DNA of 32,000 nucleotides from Synechococcus elongatus PCC 6301 (GTDB taxonomy: Bacteria; Cyanobacteriota; Cyanobacteriia; Synechococcales; Synechococcaceae). The position numbers and the translations under genes were made by a program. Shown here piece by piece: positions 15,956 to 24,760 of this stretch. The DNA is taken from contig NC_006576.1 in NCBI RefSeq assembly GCF_000010065.1, positions 1,560,001-1,592,000 on the forward strand. Reading direction: 5' to 3'. Position 1 is the stretch's first letter, and every line of letters starts with the position of its first letter. The notes under the pieces were generated by a model. It saw only the letters and a list, made by a program, of their open reading frames with translations, had not been told where the DNA came from and did not search any database.

Positions 15956-17359
15956 CTAGTAGGGTCTAGAATTCAAATCCTGCTGCAGTTGCTCAAAGAC
16001 CGATCGCCAATCCCCAGCAATCGCCTGCCGATAGAGCCGCATTGATTGATACCAAGGGGTTTCTGACCCAGTCAGACTCCAGCGCCAATCTGCGAATTTG
16101 GGCAGAAGCAGCCAAGTCGGAATCTCCAAAGCACCTGCCAAATGCGCGATCGCAGTATCCACTGTAATCAGGAGATCCATCTGATTGAGTACAGCGGCAG
16201 TATCGGCAAATGAGTGCATTCGATCAGCGAGATCACAGTCTGCCCAATCCCAGTTCTGGAGGAGTGATTGACGAGCCGGGCCTACTTGCAGGCTCCAAAA
16301 CTGACAATGATTCACCTGCAATCGCAACTGAAGAAATTGCTCTAGCGGCACACTTTTACTAGCTTGTCGCCATTGATAGCGGCGATCGCTGGTCTCTCCA
16401 GCCTGCCAAACAAAGCCAACCTGCAGCTGACGAGGATTGGCTTGGAGTCTGATCTCAGATTGCAGCGATCGCGGCAGATATCCCTGAGCGAGTGGAATTA
16501 CGTCAGCCGTGGCACCGAGTCGTTCAGGCAATGACAACAGTGGCAGATGAAAGTCGTAGGCTGATTCAGTCTCAAAAGTGAATTGGGTAGCAACTTGTAG
16601 ATTAGCGATCGCCAATTGTCGGAATAAATCGACCAATGGCTCACTAACGAGTAATAAGAGCGGTGTTTCTGGCCAGCGATCGTGCAAGACAGATAAGTAG
16701 CGGACAAACTGAATTTGATCGCCGTAACCTTGTTCGCCCCAAATCAATAGCGTTTTATTAGTGAGATCCTCGCCTTGCCAGAGGGGGCAACCAAAACTGG
16801 GGAGGCGATCGCGTAGCTCTGAAAACACCAGCAACCGACTCTCATACTCTGGCGAACCTTGCGACCAATCGCCCAGACCTAACCGCAACTTACTGCGCAG
16901 GAACTGCGACTCAGCGGCTGTCGGATCGAGTTGCAAAGCGCTATCGCAACTCGTTAAAGCCTGTGGCCAGTCCCCCAAACTCTGTAAGGCAACAGCTCGC
17001 TGATGCCAGAGGTCTGCCGTTTGTTCTGAAGCCTGATCGAGCAGAGCGATCGCTTCAGCAAATTGACCTTGCTCATTGAGAACAGCCGCCCAAGCTGCGA
17101 TCGACTGAGGGCAACCGGGCTGGAACTCTAGTACTGCTTGATAAGCCGCGATCGCTTCTTCAGGTTGTCCAGCCGCTGCTAACCAATCTCCCCACCGGCA
17201 CAAAATCTGAGGATTGTCGGGTTCCTGCCAAGCGGCCAATTCAATCAGTTGCAGCGCTGTTGACCAGTCTTGTTGACTCGCGGCCTGTTCAGCCCACTGC
17301 TGCAACTGCACTACAGATGCGGTTTCAAGATCACCAAGAGCAAGCTCTATCAATTGCAA
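15956..17359 (-). CDS. TPR-repeat + GT9-like glycosyltransferase-fold protein (paralog of the C-terminal two-thirds of 12002..14368)
   Basis: 467 aa. TPRs (AIAAYQAVLEFQPG, ALTSCDSALQLDP). LLIWGEQGYGDQIQFVRYL, ITVDTAIAHLAGALEIPT, DWRW. No in-frame ATG near the 5' end (TTG at 17359, GTG at 17311), so the start is uncertain. Confidence 0.7.
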   Translation of the reverse strand: MQLIELALGDLETASVVQLQQWAEQAASQQDWSTALQLIELAAWQEPDNPQILCRWGDWLAAAGQPEEAIAAYQAVLEFQPGCPQSIAAWAAVLNEQGQFAEAIALLDQASEQTADLWHQRAVALQSLGDWPQALTSCDSALQLDPTAAESQFLRSKLRLGLGDWSQGSPEYESRLLVFSELRDRLPSFGCPLWQGEDLTNKTLLIWGEQGYGDQIQFVRYLSVLHDRWPETPLLLLVSEPLVDLFRQLAIANLQVATQFTFETESAYDFHLPLLSLPERLGATADVIPLAQGYLPRSLQSEIRLQANPRQLQVGFVWQAGETSDRRYQWRQASKSVPLEQFLQLRLQVNHCQFWSLQVGPARQSLLQNWDWADCDLADRMHSFADTAAVLNQMDLLITVDTAIAHLAGALEIPTWLLLPKFADWRWSLTGSETPWYQSMRLYRQAIAGDWRSVFEQLQQDLNSRPY

Positions 17360-17405
17360 TCGCGGTTATTTCAACCTTTTCATCTTGGCGGATGCCAGTC
17401 AGGGT

Positions 17406-19388
17406 TCAAGGGCGTAGCCAATTGCGATCGAGCAGGGTAGTTCCCGGAAAGGCGATCGGATTGCCCGCATTCACCAGCCGTCGCTGCAGGGCTTCGAGTT
17501 GTGGTTCTTGGCGCGGTAAATCATCGACTAACTCAGCAGGGGTGATTTTCTGTTGCAGCACAAAATCAGCCACAGTTCCTGCGGCTACGCCTGACGACCA
17601 CTCAAAGCTATGGACACGGTAGGCCGCCGCCACGCTGTAACTAAAGGCGATCGCTTTGCCGGTGACGAGCAGATTATCGACCCGTTGCGGAATCATGGCC
17701 CGCAAGGGAATTTGTCCTGGATACGCTAAGCCCTGCGGTAGCCGAACACCAGCTCGTTCAGTATTGCCGGGTTTTTCGGGGGGGGACTGGGTCAGACAGG
17801 GATGAAAATCGAGCGCGTACTGGGTGATGCCAACGGAATCGGGGAAAAGGCGCGGCCGCGGCACGATCGGTAGACTTGCTTCAGAATTCCTTTGCAAGAT
17901 GGCTTCTCGTGCCAGACGCTGCCGCAAGGCTGCATAGTCTTGGGGCGACAGGGTCTCTTGATAGAGCGGATCGGTGTAGTCGGGTCGGGCAATATCGGTT
18001 TCAACCAAGGAAAAGCCTTGGGGATAGGTCGGGGAAGATCGACCGATGAGCCGCCGGCCTTCACGGATGTAGGGATATTTGGAGAGCCCATTCGCCGTTC
18101 CCATCGGTTGATCGATCCCTTGTAAGAGTCGATAGAAGGGAAAGGGCTGTTTGACGTTCGGCCCCAATTGAGAATCGGTGTTGCCTTGAGACAGCCAATA
18201 GAAAAAGGACAGGGCATGTTCTTCGCCCCGCTGCAGGGTTTCGGTGCGCAGACCACCCAGCCAGCCACCCAGTTCTAGTTGACCACTGGCCCGCAATTGC
18301 TCGGCACTGAGGATGAGATTATCGCCGGATGTTCCCGGTCGATAATCATTGCCCCACGTCCAGTTCTGCATGGACCAATCACCGGGCTGCGGAAGGGTGA
18401 CATTGCGTCCGGGCTGCAGCTGTGGCGATCGCGGTTGGGGTGCCCAAATTCGCCGATAGGTAAACAGCGTGTCAGGGTTGGCAAAACGCGACAGTTCATA
18501 ACTGAAGTAAGGCGCGTAGCGATCGTAGAAAGCGGGTCGCTCCGGTTGATAAGCTTCAGGTGTTTGCTCCATGGCAAACGTGTAGGTAAAGCCTTGGGTG
18601 CAGTAGGGGTCGGGCTGAGTCACCGGCGAGGACGGATTCCCCGGCGATCGCGGATCGAGGCCTAGGCGATAAGGGACATCCGCCAGCGGTAACAGTTCTC
18701 CTGTTTCGGTGGCTTCAATCACGAGCCAGCGCTGCGGCTGACCAGCAGGCGGTTGCAGTTGCAGGACGTTCTTCTCCAGCAGCTTGGAATCTTCGAGGCG
18801 ATAGGCATCCTCGATCCAAGCGGAAAGCGGCAGGGTATTGAGGGGCGGGGCTCCGGTAGCCGGTCGATGCTGAATCGCCGTCACCGACTCAATCCAACGG
18901 CGATCGCGATCGAATTGCAGAGATTTAACAACAGTATTCGGCAGCCAATGCAGTTTGCCTTGACCGCGTTGCTCGGCCTCACGCAATTGTGCTTCCAAGA
19001 GTTGAGCCGCATCACGGGGTAAAAAGCAGATCTGGCTGACCCAACAATCACCGGGATTCTCGCGACCATAGAACTGGCGGAGGCGATCGCGAAAGCGTTG
19101 GTAGCCTTGGGGATAAACTTGCAACGTCTGCTGCAGACCGGCTTCATCCAGCGCGGAGGTGCCCTGCGAGGAGACTTGTCCACCCAGCCAATCGGTGATT
19201 TCGGTCAGACAAACTGTGCGACCAGCCAACAGTCCTGCTTCGGCAGCAGCCACCCCGGAGAGCCCACCCCCCACGACTAAAATTTCACAGGTGAGGGTGG
19301 ACTGCGTAGCAGCATTGGCGATCGCGGCAGAACCCAGACTCACTGCCAGTCCGATACTGCCGATCCAGAGCCCGATTGCTCGACCCAT
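17406..19388 (-). CDS. FAD-dependent oxidoreductase with N-terminal signal peptide or membrane anchor
   Basis: 660 aa. Hydrophobic N-terminus MGRAIGLWIGSIGLAVSLGSAAIANA, followed by the dinucleotide-binding motif ILVVGGGLSGVAAAEAG...LTE...LGGQ. Confidence 0.72.
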   Translation of the reverse strand: MGRAIGLWIGSIGLAVSLGSAAIANAATQSTLTCEILVVGGGLSGVAAAEAGLLAGRTVCLTEITDWLGGQVSSQGTSALDEAGLQQTLQVYPQGYQRFRDRLRQFYGRENPGDCWVSQICFLPRDAAQLLEAQLREAEQRGQGKLHWLPNTVVKSLQFDRDRRWIESVTAIQHRPATGAPPLNTLPLSAWIEDAYRLEDSKLLEKNVLQLQPPAGQPQRWLVIEATETGELLPLADVPYRLGLDPRSPGNPSSPVTQPDPYCTQGFTYTFAMEQTPEAYQPERPAFYDRYAPYFSYELSRFANPDTLFTYRRIWAPQPRSPQLQPGRNVTLPQPGDWSMQNWTWGNDYRPGTSGDNLILSAEQLRASGQLELGGWLGGLRTETLQRGEEHALSFFYWLSQGNTDSQLGPNVKQPFPFYRLLQGIDQPMGTANGLSKYPYIREGRRLIGRSSPTYPQGFSLVETDIARPDYTDPLYQETLSPQDYAALRQRLAREAILQRNSEASLPIVPRPRLFPDSVGITQYALDFHPCLTQSPPEKPGNTERAGVRLPQGLAYPGQIPLRAMIPQRVDNLLVTGKAIAFSYSVAAAYRVHSFEWSSGVAAGTVADFVLQQKITPAELVDDLPRQEPQLEALQRRLVNAGNPIAFPGTTLLDRNWLRP

Positions 19389-19752
19389 GCCTGCACTCCC
19401 CTGCCGCCAAACCGCCTCGATTCTGCCACTGCAGTGGCAAAACTGGCTGATCGGTGCGATCGCGGTTCTCTTCTTCTGGCTGGGGCTGATGCCTCAAGCG
19501 ATCGCGGCTCCTTGTCGCACGATCGCGGGCGATCGCATTTGCATCGAACAAATCACACGCAGTGCCAAAAATCACTGGGAATATCGCCTGACGCTGAGTC
19601 GCAATGGCCAACGGCAAACACCAGCGATCTACAACTGCCGCGATCGCCACTGGCAGCAAGCCGGACAGAGCCAGGCTTTTGTCGAGGATGGCCTTGGAGA
19701 TTGGCTCTGTCGCACCCTTGCAGGTCGAAGCTCGGAGGGCAAGAGGGTATGA
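19387..19752 (+). CDS. Hypothetical small exported or membrane protein with four Cys
   Basis: 121 aa from the internal ATG of ORF 19159..19752. Hydrophobic WLIGAIAVLFFWLGLMPQAIAAP, then C..C..C..C. It ends 39 nt upstream of rpmB on the same strand. No family recognised. Confidence 0.4.
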   Translation: MPALPCRQTASILPLQWQNWLIGAIAVLFFWLGLMPQAIAAPCRTIAGDRICIEQITRSAKNHWEYRLTLSRNGQRQTPAIYNCRDRHWQQAGQSQAFVEDGLGDWLCRTLAGRSSEGKRV

Positions 19753-19791
19753 TGGTGAATTGCATGCAATCGAAAGTCTCCGGAGCCGTTC

Positions 19792-20028
19792 ATGTCTCGC
19801 GTCTGTCAATTGACCGGCAAAAAGGCCAATAACGCCTACGCCATCTCCCACTCGCACCGCCGCACCAAGCGCTTGCAAAACGTCAACTTGCAAGAAAAGC
19901 GCATCTGGTGGCCGGAAGGGAACCGCTTCGTCAAGTTGCGGTTGTCGACCAAAGCGATCAAAACCCTGCAGAAGAAAGGTCTCAGCGCCTACGCTCGCGA
20001 GCTGGGCATTGACCTCAAGCGCCTGTAA
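19792..20028 (+). CDS. rpmB: 50S ribosomal protein L28
   Basis: 78 aa. [34 protein letters not shown] is a classic L28 N-terminus. GGAG Shine-Dalgarno element 6 nt upstream. Confidence 0.95.
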   Translation: MSRVCQLTGKKANNAYAISHSHRRTKRLQNVNLQEKRIWWPEGNRFVKLRLSTKAIKTLQKKGLSAYARELGIDLKRL

Positions 20029-20056
20029 GCTTGGCCCAGTTTCTGACCTCTCCGCT

Positions 20057-20091
20057 AGCCCGCTGTTCTGACGAGAACGACGGGCTTTTTC
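20057..20091 (+). terminator. Rho-independent terminator after rpmB
   Basis: Stem 20057-20069 / 20074-20086 pairs at 12 of 13 positions (including one G-U), with GACG loop. It is followed by a T-run to 20090. Confidence 0.65.
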
Positions 20092-20137
20092 ATGTTTGAG
20101 GAGACTTGTCTGCTGCACCACAGAGCTGAGGCTAACT

Positions 20138-21442
20138 TCAGGAACGCCACCAGCAGTAGAGCAGCGCAGCAGACAGTTGCAAAATGACCGTCGGGACGCC
20201 GTAGGGCAGCCAGTCACGGAAGTGAATCGGAGTGTCGTGCTGGCGAGCAATTCCAGCACCGACTAAGTTGGCAGAGGCGCCGATCAACGTAGCATTGCCC
20301 CCCAAGGTGCCGCCAAACATCAGGGCAAAGAACAGCGGATAAGCCTGCGGGGCGATCGCATCAGGCGCGATCGTGAGACCGGCTGTCTGGCAATAGCTAA
20401 TCAAGACCGGCGTTAGCGCTGCCACCAAAGGAATGTTGGGAATGAAAGCCGAGAGCACGCCCGTCAGCAGCAGCAATAGCAAGCTCCCCTGGAGAATATT
20501 GGTCCCGATCAGGGTCGTCAGGCCTTGAGCCAGCAAGACCATAGCGCCACTCGTTTGCAGACCACCAATCAACACGAAGACCCCCATGAAATAGACCAGG
20601 GTTGACCAATCGATCGCAGCGAACAGACGATCGACCGTGATCAGGCGACTTTGATGGCAGATGGCGAGTGCTGCAGCTGCTCCAGCCAGCGCCGTTGCAT
20701 CAGGACTCAGCGGCACAGGCAACATCTCGCCGACGGTGAACGAGACCAGCATCACCACCGTCACGCCTAAAAGCATTCGCATGGCCTGTCGATGATGGGG
20801 GCGGGGCGGAGTCAAATCAGGCACTGGAAAGCGTGCCGTCCAAATGCTGCGATAGAGCCAAGGCAAGGTCGGCACTATCACCAGCAAGCTAATCAAGCCA
20901 CCCAAACTGAGCTGTGAGAAATATTGGCCAAAGCTGAAGCCAAGACCCGTCGCCACGATATAGGTCGCGGGATCTCCCACCAAAGTCAGAAGCCCAGCAC
21001 TGTTGGCCGTCAGCACCAGCAACAGTAAGAGCGGGCGTGGGTCGAGCTTCAACTCCTTCGCCAAGGGCGGCAACAACGGTGCCAACAGCATGACGGTGGT
21101 TGCGTTGGGCAAGACCGCGCAAATGGGGCTGGTCAGCAACATAATCCCCAGTAAGAGACGGCGGCCATCCCCCCGTGAGGCTAGGACAACGCGATGGGCG
21201 AGACCATTAAAGGCTCCCGTTGCCTCTAGGGCTTGCACCAACACCATCATCCCGAACAGCAGGGCCAAGGTCCCGTGTGCCTTAGCAATACTCGCTACAG
21301 CCTCGGGCATCGTCAGCTGCCCCGTCAGGACGAGTAGCATCGCTCCGACCAGGGCGACTACCGTGAGATCGGTCAGTTCAAAGGAGGCAGCCAGAATCAC
21401 CGCCACAAAAATTGCGATCGCCAAGACTGCAGCGAGGCTCAT
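20138..21442 (-). CDS. ArsB/NhaD-superfamily (CitMHS/SLC13-like) anion or ion permease
   Basis: 434 aa from the internal ATG (MSLAAVLAIAIFVAVIL...). Polytopic throughout, with TLALLFGMMVLV and GGNATLIGASANLV motifs typical of this permease superfamily. The upstream 32 codons of the ORF are non-hydrophobic. Confidence 0.78.
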   Translation of the reverse strand: MSLAAVLAIAIFVAVILAASFELTDLTVVALVGAMLLVLTGQLTMPEAVASIAKAHGTLALLFGMMVLVQALEATGAFNGLAHRVVLASRGDGRRLLLGIMLLTSPICAVLPNATTVMLLAPLLPPLAKELKLDPRPLLLLLVLTANSAGLLTLVGDPATYIVATGLGFSFGQYFSQLSLGGLISLLVIVPTLPWLYRSIWTARFPVPDLTPPRPHHRQAMRMLLGVTVVMLVSFTVGEMLPVPLSPDATALAGAAAALAICHQSRLITVDRLFAAIDWSTLVYFMGVFVLIGGLQTSGAMVLLAQGLTTLIGTNILQGSLLLLLLTGVLSAFIPNIPLVAALTPVLISYCQTAGLTIAPDAIAPQAYPLFFALMFGGTLGGNATLIGASANLVGAGIARQHDTPIHFRDWLPYGVPTVILQLSAALLYCWWRS

Positions 21443-21765
21443 AGCAGAACGACCTAGAGAATGAGGACAGCTGGAACTACGACAAGCCTTTGCTTCGGTC
21501 AAGACAAGCAACAATCCATCTCGCTTGCGAAGCTGCATGAGGATTGAGGATTGCGATCAGACGCTAGCACGAATTTTTAGAGTTGACTACAAGCAAATCG
21601 AGTGTCATAGGAATAGACGGGTTCTATGGATTTGCGATCGCGGCTAGGTCTCAATTGATCACGATAATCAGAGCCAACCCGAATTCAATTCGGATTGACT
21701 TAAGTTCCAAAGTGAATCCTCAAACTTACAGTTTGGAACCCTAAAAAGAGCTATTAGAACTCAGG

Positions 21766-21771
21766 ATTATA
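21766..21771 (-). promoter_or_regulatory. Candidate -10 box (perfect TATAAT on the minus strand) about 320 nt upstream of the permease start
   Basis: Minus strand reads ttgactcgcgatcgttagatttggggatataat. The -10 is perfect, but the TTGACT lies 21 nt upstream, which is too far for a canonical spacer. Confidence 0.3.
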
Positions 21772-21875
21772 TCCCCAAATCTAACGATCGCGAGTCAACT
21801 TTTATCTCTTGATTGAAGTCTATAAAACAGTCTCGTCAGCTCTCCAGAACGAGCATCTTCGACCCCTTGCTAGCA

Positions 21876-22253
21876 TCAATCCGCACCCGTTAACTTCCGC
21901 GATCGCCGCAGAACCAAGCTGACATCACCACTAAAGTCAGGAATGGGAGGGGCCAGTTTCCGCAACGTCAGTTCCAATTCCGGTAGGGCTGGAAACTGCT
22001 GAAACAGGCGATCGCAGAGATCAGCCGCCAATCGCTCGATCGTGCGAAAGCGACTCTGGCGAATCCCCGTTTGCACGACCTGTACCGCTTGGCTGTAGTC
22101 GAGGGTGTCGCCGAGCTGATCGCTGTCCCCAGCAGGCTGAAGATCGACCCAGACGCGCAAGTCCACCTCAAACCACTGGCCCAGTTCTTGCTCGGCATCA
22201 AAGAACCCCGTGTAGCCGTAGGCGCGAATGCCGCGCACCACCAACACATCCAT
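21876..22253 (-). CDS. folB: Dihydroneopterin aldolase
   Basis: 125 aa from MDVLVVRGIRAYGYTGFFDAEQELGQWFEVDLRVWVDL...DYSQ. FolB fold signature. Confidence 0.85.
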   Translation of the reverse strand: MDVLVVRGIRAYGYTGFFDAEQELGQWFEVDLRVWVDLQPAGDSDQLGDTLDYSQAVQVVQTGIRQSRFRTIERLAADLCDRLFQQFPALPELELTLRKLAPPIPDFSGDVSLVLRRSRKLTGAD

Positions 22254-22337
22254 CACGCTCTCCGATCGCCTTGCCAGTCCTGATTCTGCCAAAGGAGTTG
22301 GTCCGTCTGACCAGCGCAGCGACCGGAGTTTGTCGCC

Positions 22338-23753
22338 CTAGAACCACTGGGCATGGAAAGAGCCAGAGCGATCGGTGCGTTCGTAGGTATGAGCGCCGAA
22401 GTAGTCGCACTGAGCCTGGGTGAGGTTTTGGGGCAGGCGATCGCGCCGGTAGCTGTCGAAGTAATCCAGGGAAGCACTGAAAGCCGGAACCGGAATTCCT
22501 CGTTCTGCCGCGATCGCAATCACGCGCCGCCAAGCCAACTGGCGATCGAGAATCGTCTGCCGGAATTCGGGTGCCAGCAACAGATTCGCCAGCGTTGGGT
22601 CAGCATCATAGGCCTGCTTAATCTTGTTGAGGAAACCCGCCCGAATGATGCAGCCGCCTTTCCAAATCCGCGCCAGTTCACCTAAATTCAGACCGTAGTT
22701 GTAGACCTGGGAGGCTTTGGCTAGCAGCGCCATGCCTTGGGCATAGGAGCAAATTTTCGAGCAGTAGAGCGCATCGCGCACACTGTCGATAAAGGCTTGG
22801 CGATCGCCACTGAAGGGCTCGGTAATCGGTCCTGAAAGAATTTCAGAAGCTGCCTGACGCTCGGCTTTGATCGAGGACAGGATGCGGGCGTTGACAGCAG
22901 CAATGATGGTTGGAATCGCAACGCCAATTTCCAGTGCCGTTTCCACCGTCCAGCGACCGGTTCCTTTTTGACCAGCGGCATCTATAATCAGCTCGACCAA
23001 GGGCTGACCAGTACCCAAGTCATCGACTTTGGTGAAAATATCCGCCGTGATTTCAATCAAGAACGAGTCGAGTTCCGGCGTTTTGTTCCAGGCGGCGAAG
23101 ACATCATGCAGTTCACTGGCATTGAGGCCTGCCACCGATTTGAGGAGGTCATAGGCTTCGGCGATCAGCTGCATATCGCCATATTCAATGCCGTTGTGCA
23201 CCATCTTGACGTAGTGCCCAGAGCCACCAGGACCGATGTAGGTAACGCAGGGGCCATCGTCGACTTGGGCAGCAATGCTGCGCACGATCGGCTCCACGGC
23301 TTCGTAGGCCGCTTGGGTGCCCCCCGGCATCAAACTGGGGCCATTCAAAGCCCCCTCTTCGCCACCACTGACGCCCATCCCCATGAAACCCAGACCTAGC
23401 GCTTCTAGATCTTTGACGCGGCGCTCGGTGTCGGTAAACAGTGAGTTGCCCCCATCGATGATCAAGTCACCGGGATCTAGCAGGGGTTTGAGCTGCTCGA
23501 CCACGGCATCCACCGGGCCGCCCGCTTTAACCATCACCAAAATGCGGCGCGGACGTTCCAAGCTGGCAACAAAGTCTTCCAGACTGTAAGCCGGCACAAT
23601 GTTCTTGCCTTGGGCGCGATCGGCCATGAACGCTTCAGTCTTTTCGGCCGTGCGGTTATAGACCGTCAAGGAAAAACCGTTGCGCTCAATGTTCAGGGCG
23701 AGATTCTCACCCATCACCGCCAGCCCGATGAGGCCGAACTGTTGCAGTGCCAT
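22338..23753 (-). CDS. gnd: 6-phosphogluconate dehydrogenase (decarboxylating)
   Basis: 471 aa. FGLIGLAVMGENLALN, GMGVSGGEEGA, HYVKMVHNGIEYGDMQLIAEAY, RDYFGAHTYER-like C-terminus (CDYFGAHTYERTD). Confidence 0.97.
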   Translation of the reverse strand: MALQQFGLIGLAVMGENLALNIERNGFSLTVYNRTAEKTEAFMADRAQGKNIVPAYSLEDFVASLERPRRILVMVKAGGPVDAVVEQLKPLLDPGDLIIDGGNSLFTDTERRVKDLEALGLGFMGMGVSGGEEGALNGPSLMPGGTQAAYEAVEPIVRSIAAQVDDGPCVTYIGPGGSGHYVKMVHNGIEYGDMQLIAEAYDLLKSVAGLNASELHDVFAAWNKTPELDSFLIEITADIFTKVDDLGTGQPLVELIIDAAGQKGTGRWTVETALEIGVAIPTIIAAVNARILSSIKAERQAASEILSGPITEPFSGDRQAFIDSVRDALYCSKICSYAQGMALLAKASQVYNYGLNLGELARIWKGGCIIRAGFLNKIKQAYDADPTLANLLLAPEFRQTILDRQLAWRRVIAIAAERGIPVPAFSASLDYFDSYRRDRLPQNLTQAQCDYFGAHTYERTDRSGSFHAQWF

Positions 23754-23927
23754 AGGAAAATTCCTGCTAGGACAACGAATGACCTCAGGTTAGCCTGCCA
23801 ATTTGGGGTTCTCTGGCAACCTCTTTAGACTTTCTTTGCGGGGATCACGGCGGCGATCGCGGATTTATTTACAGATCAGAGAAAAATTGAATGCCTGGGG
23901 GTGGATTCTTGACGGCGATCGCACCGG

Positions 23928-24404
23928 TCAGGCCCTGATGACGGGGGCAAGCTTGTGCGAATACTCCCCTTGGAAGCGCAGCAAAATCTGCTGGTGGGGC
24001 GCACCGATCGCTCGTTCCTGCTGTAAACGGGGCGAGAAAACTCGACTTTGGGCGATCGCGGCGGCGTCGACGAGGCAGAAATCCTGCCCTTCGCCGAGCC
24101 GCAAAGTCGATAGTTCACAGGTCAAAGGCACATGGAAGAGGTAGCGAGTGACCCTTTCTTCTGTTTCCGTCCAGAGTGGGGTTGCGGCGGAGGGGTAGTA
24201 GCCAATCTCTTCTTGGAGTTCGCGATAGAGGGCGGCAAGGGGAGTTTCATCCGGTTCTAAATGGCCGCCAAATAAGCCCCACTTCCCCGGATAGAGGATC
24301 CCATCTAAGTCATCACGCAGCTGCAATAACCACTGTTGACCTTGGGTGATGATTGCGAGAGCCACCTCTGGGGTAGACGTCGTTGCAGCAGGCTGAATCA
24401 ACAT
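23928..24404 (-). CDS. NUDIX hydrolase
   Basis: 158 aa. Nudix box GKWGLFGGHLEPDETPLAALYRELQEEIG. Confidence 0.85.
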   Translation of the reverse strand: MLIQPAATTSTPEVALAIITQGQQWLLQLRDDLDGILYPGKWGLFGGHLEPDETPLAALYRELQEEIGYYPSAATPLWTETEERVTRYLFHVPLTCELSTLRLGEGQDFCLVDAAAIAQSRVFSPRLQQERAIGAPHQQILLRFQGEYSHKLAPVIRA

Positions 24405-24556
24405 GGCGATCGCAACCGTTTAGGAGCCGAGGATAAAGCTCTACAAAAGTTTAGCGTTGTGCTGACTGACTCTGGTTCAGAGCAAAATCGTGCCCTAGGT
24501 AACGATTTGTTAGCCTTGTTGTCGCTACTTTAATCGCACAATCATCTGTCTTTCTT

Positions 24557-24760
24557 ATGGAAACGCAACGACAACATATCGGTCGCTGGATCGTCATTCT
24601 CAGTCCTGCAGTTGCCAATATTGAAGATCATCAAGTTCGTGTTTTGGATTGCCGGAGCGATCAGCTTTCGGTGAAGTCTTTCCCTCAGCTGGAATTAGCT
24701 CGTCACTATTTCGATCAACTCCTCCATCTCTATCGCTGCTGGGATCGACAGACGGCTTAG
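24557..24760 (+). CDS. Hypothetical small protein
   Basis: 67-aa ORF with an ATG start in an otherwise unassigned gap. No recognisable motif. Its 3' end overlaps the convergent gene by 4 nt. Confidence 0.3.
   Translation: METQRQHIGRWIVILSPAVANIEDHQVRVLDCRSDQLSVKSFPQLELARHYFDQLLHLYRCWDRQTA

Noticed and set aside
19285-20259. 324-aa minus-strand ORF
   Set aside because: It overlaps the FAD gene's 5' end, the small ORF, the unmistakable rpmB gene, its terminator and the permease 3' end. It is Arg/Ser/Ala-rich and low-complexity, as expected for a spurious antisense frame in GC-rich DNA.
21003-21464. 153-aa plus-strand ORF inside the permease gene
   Set aside because: It is antisense to a polytopic permease with clear family motifs, and its composition (S/A/R/T-rich) is an artefact.
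21443-21538. Upstream ATG (21538) as the permease start
   Set aside because: The 32 extra residues are hydrophilic and Cys/Ser-rich and do not resemble this permease family's N-termini. The question stays open, and the region is treated as part of the leader in the findings.
22198-22533. Minus-strand ORFs of 111 and 88 aa spanning the folB-gnd junction
   Set aside because: They lie out of frame within the gnd 3' end and the folB 5' extension, and show no independent signal.
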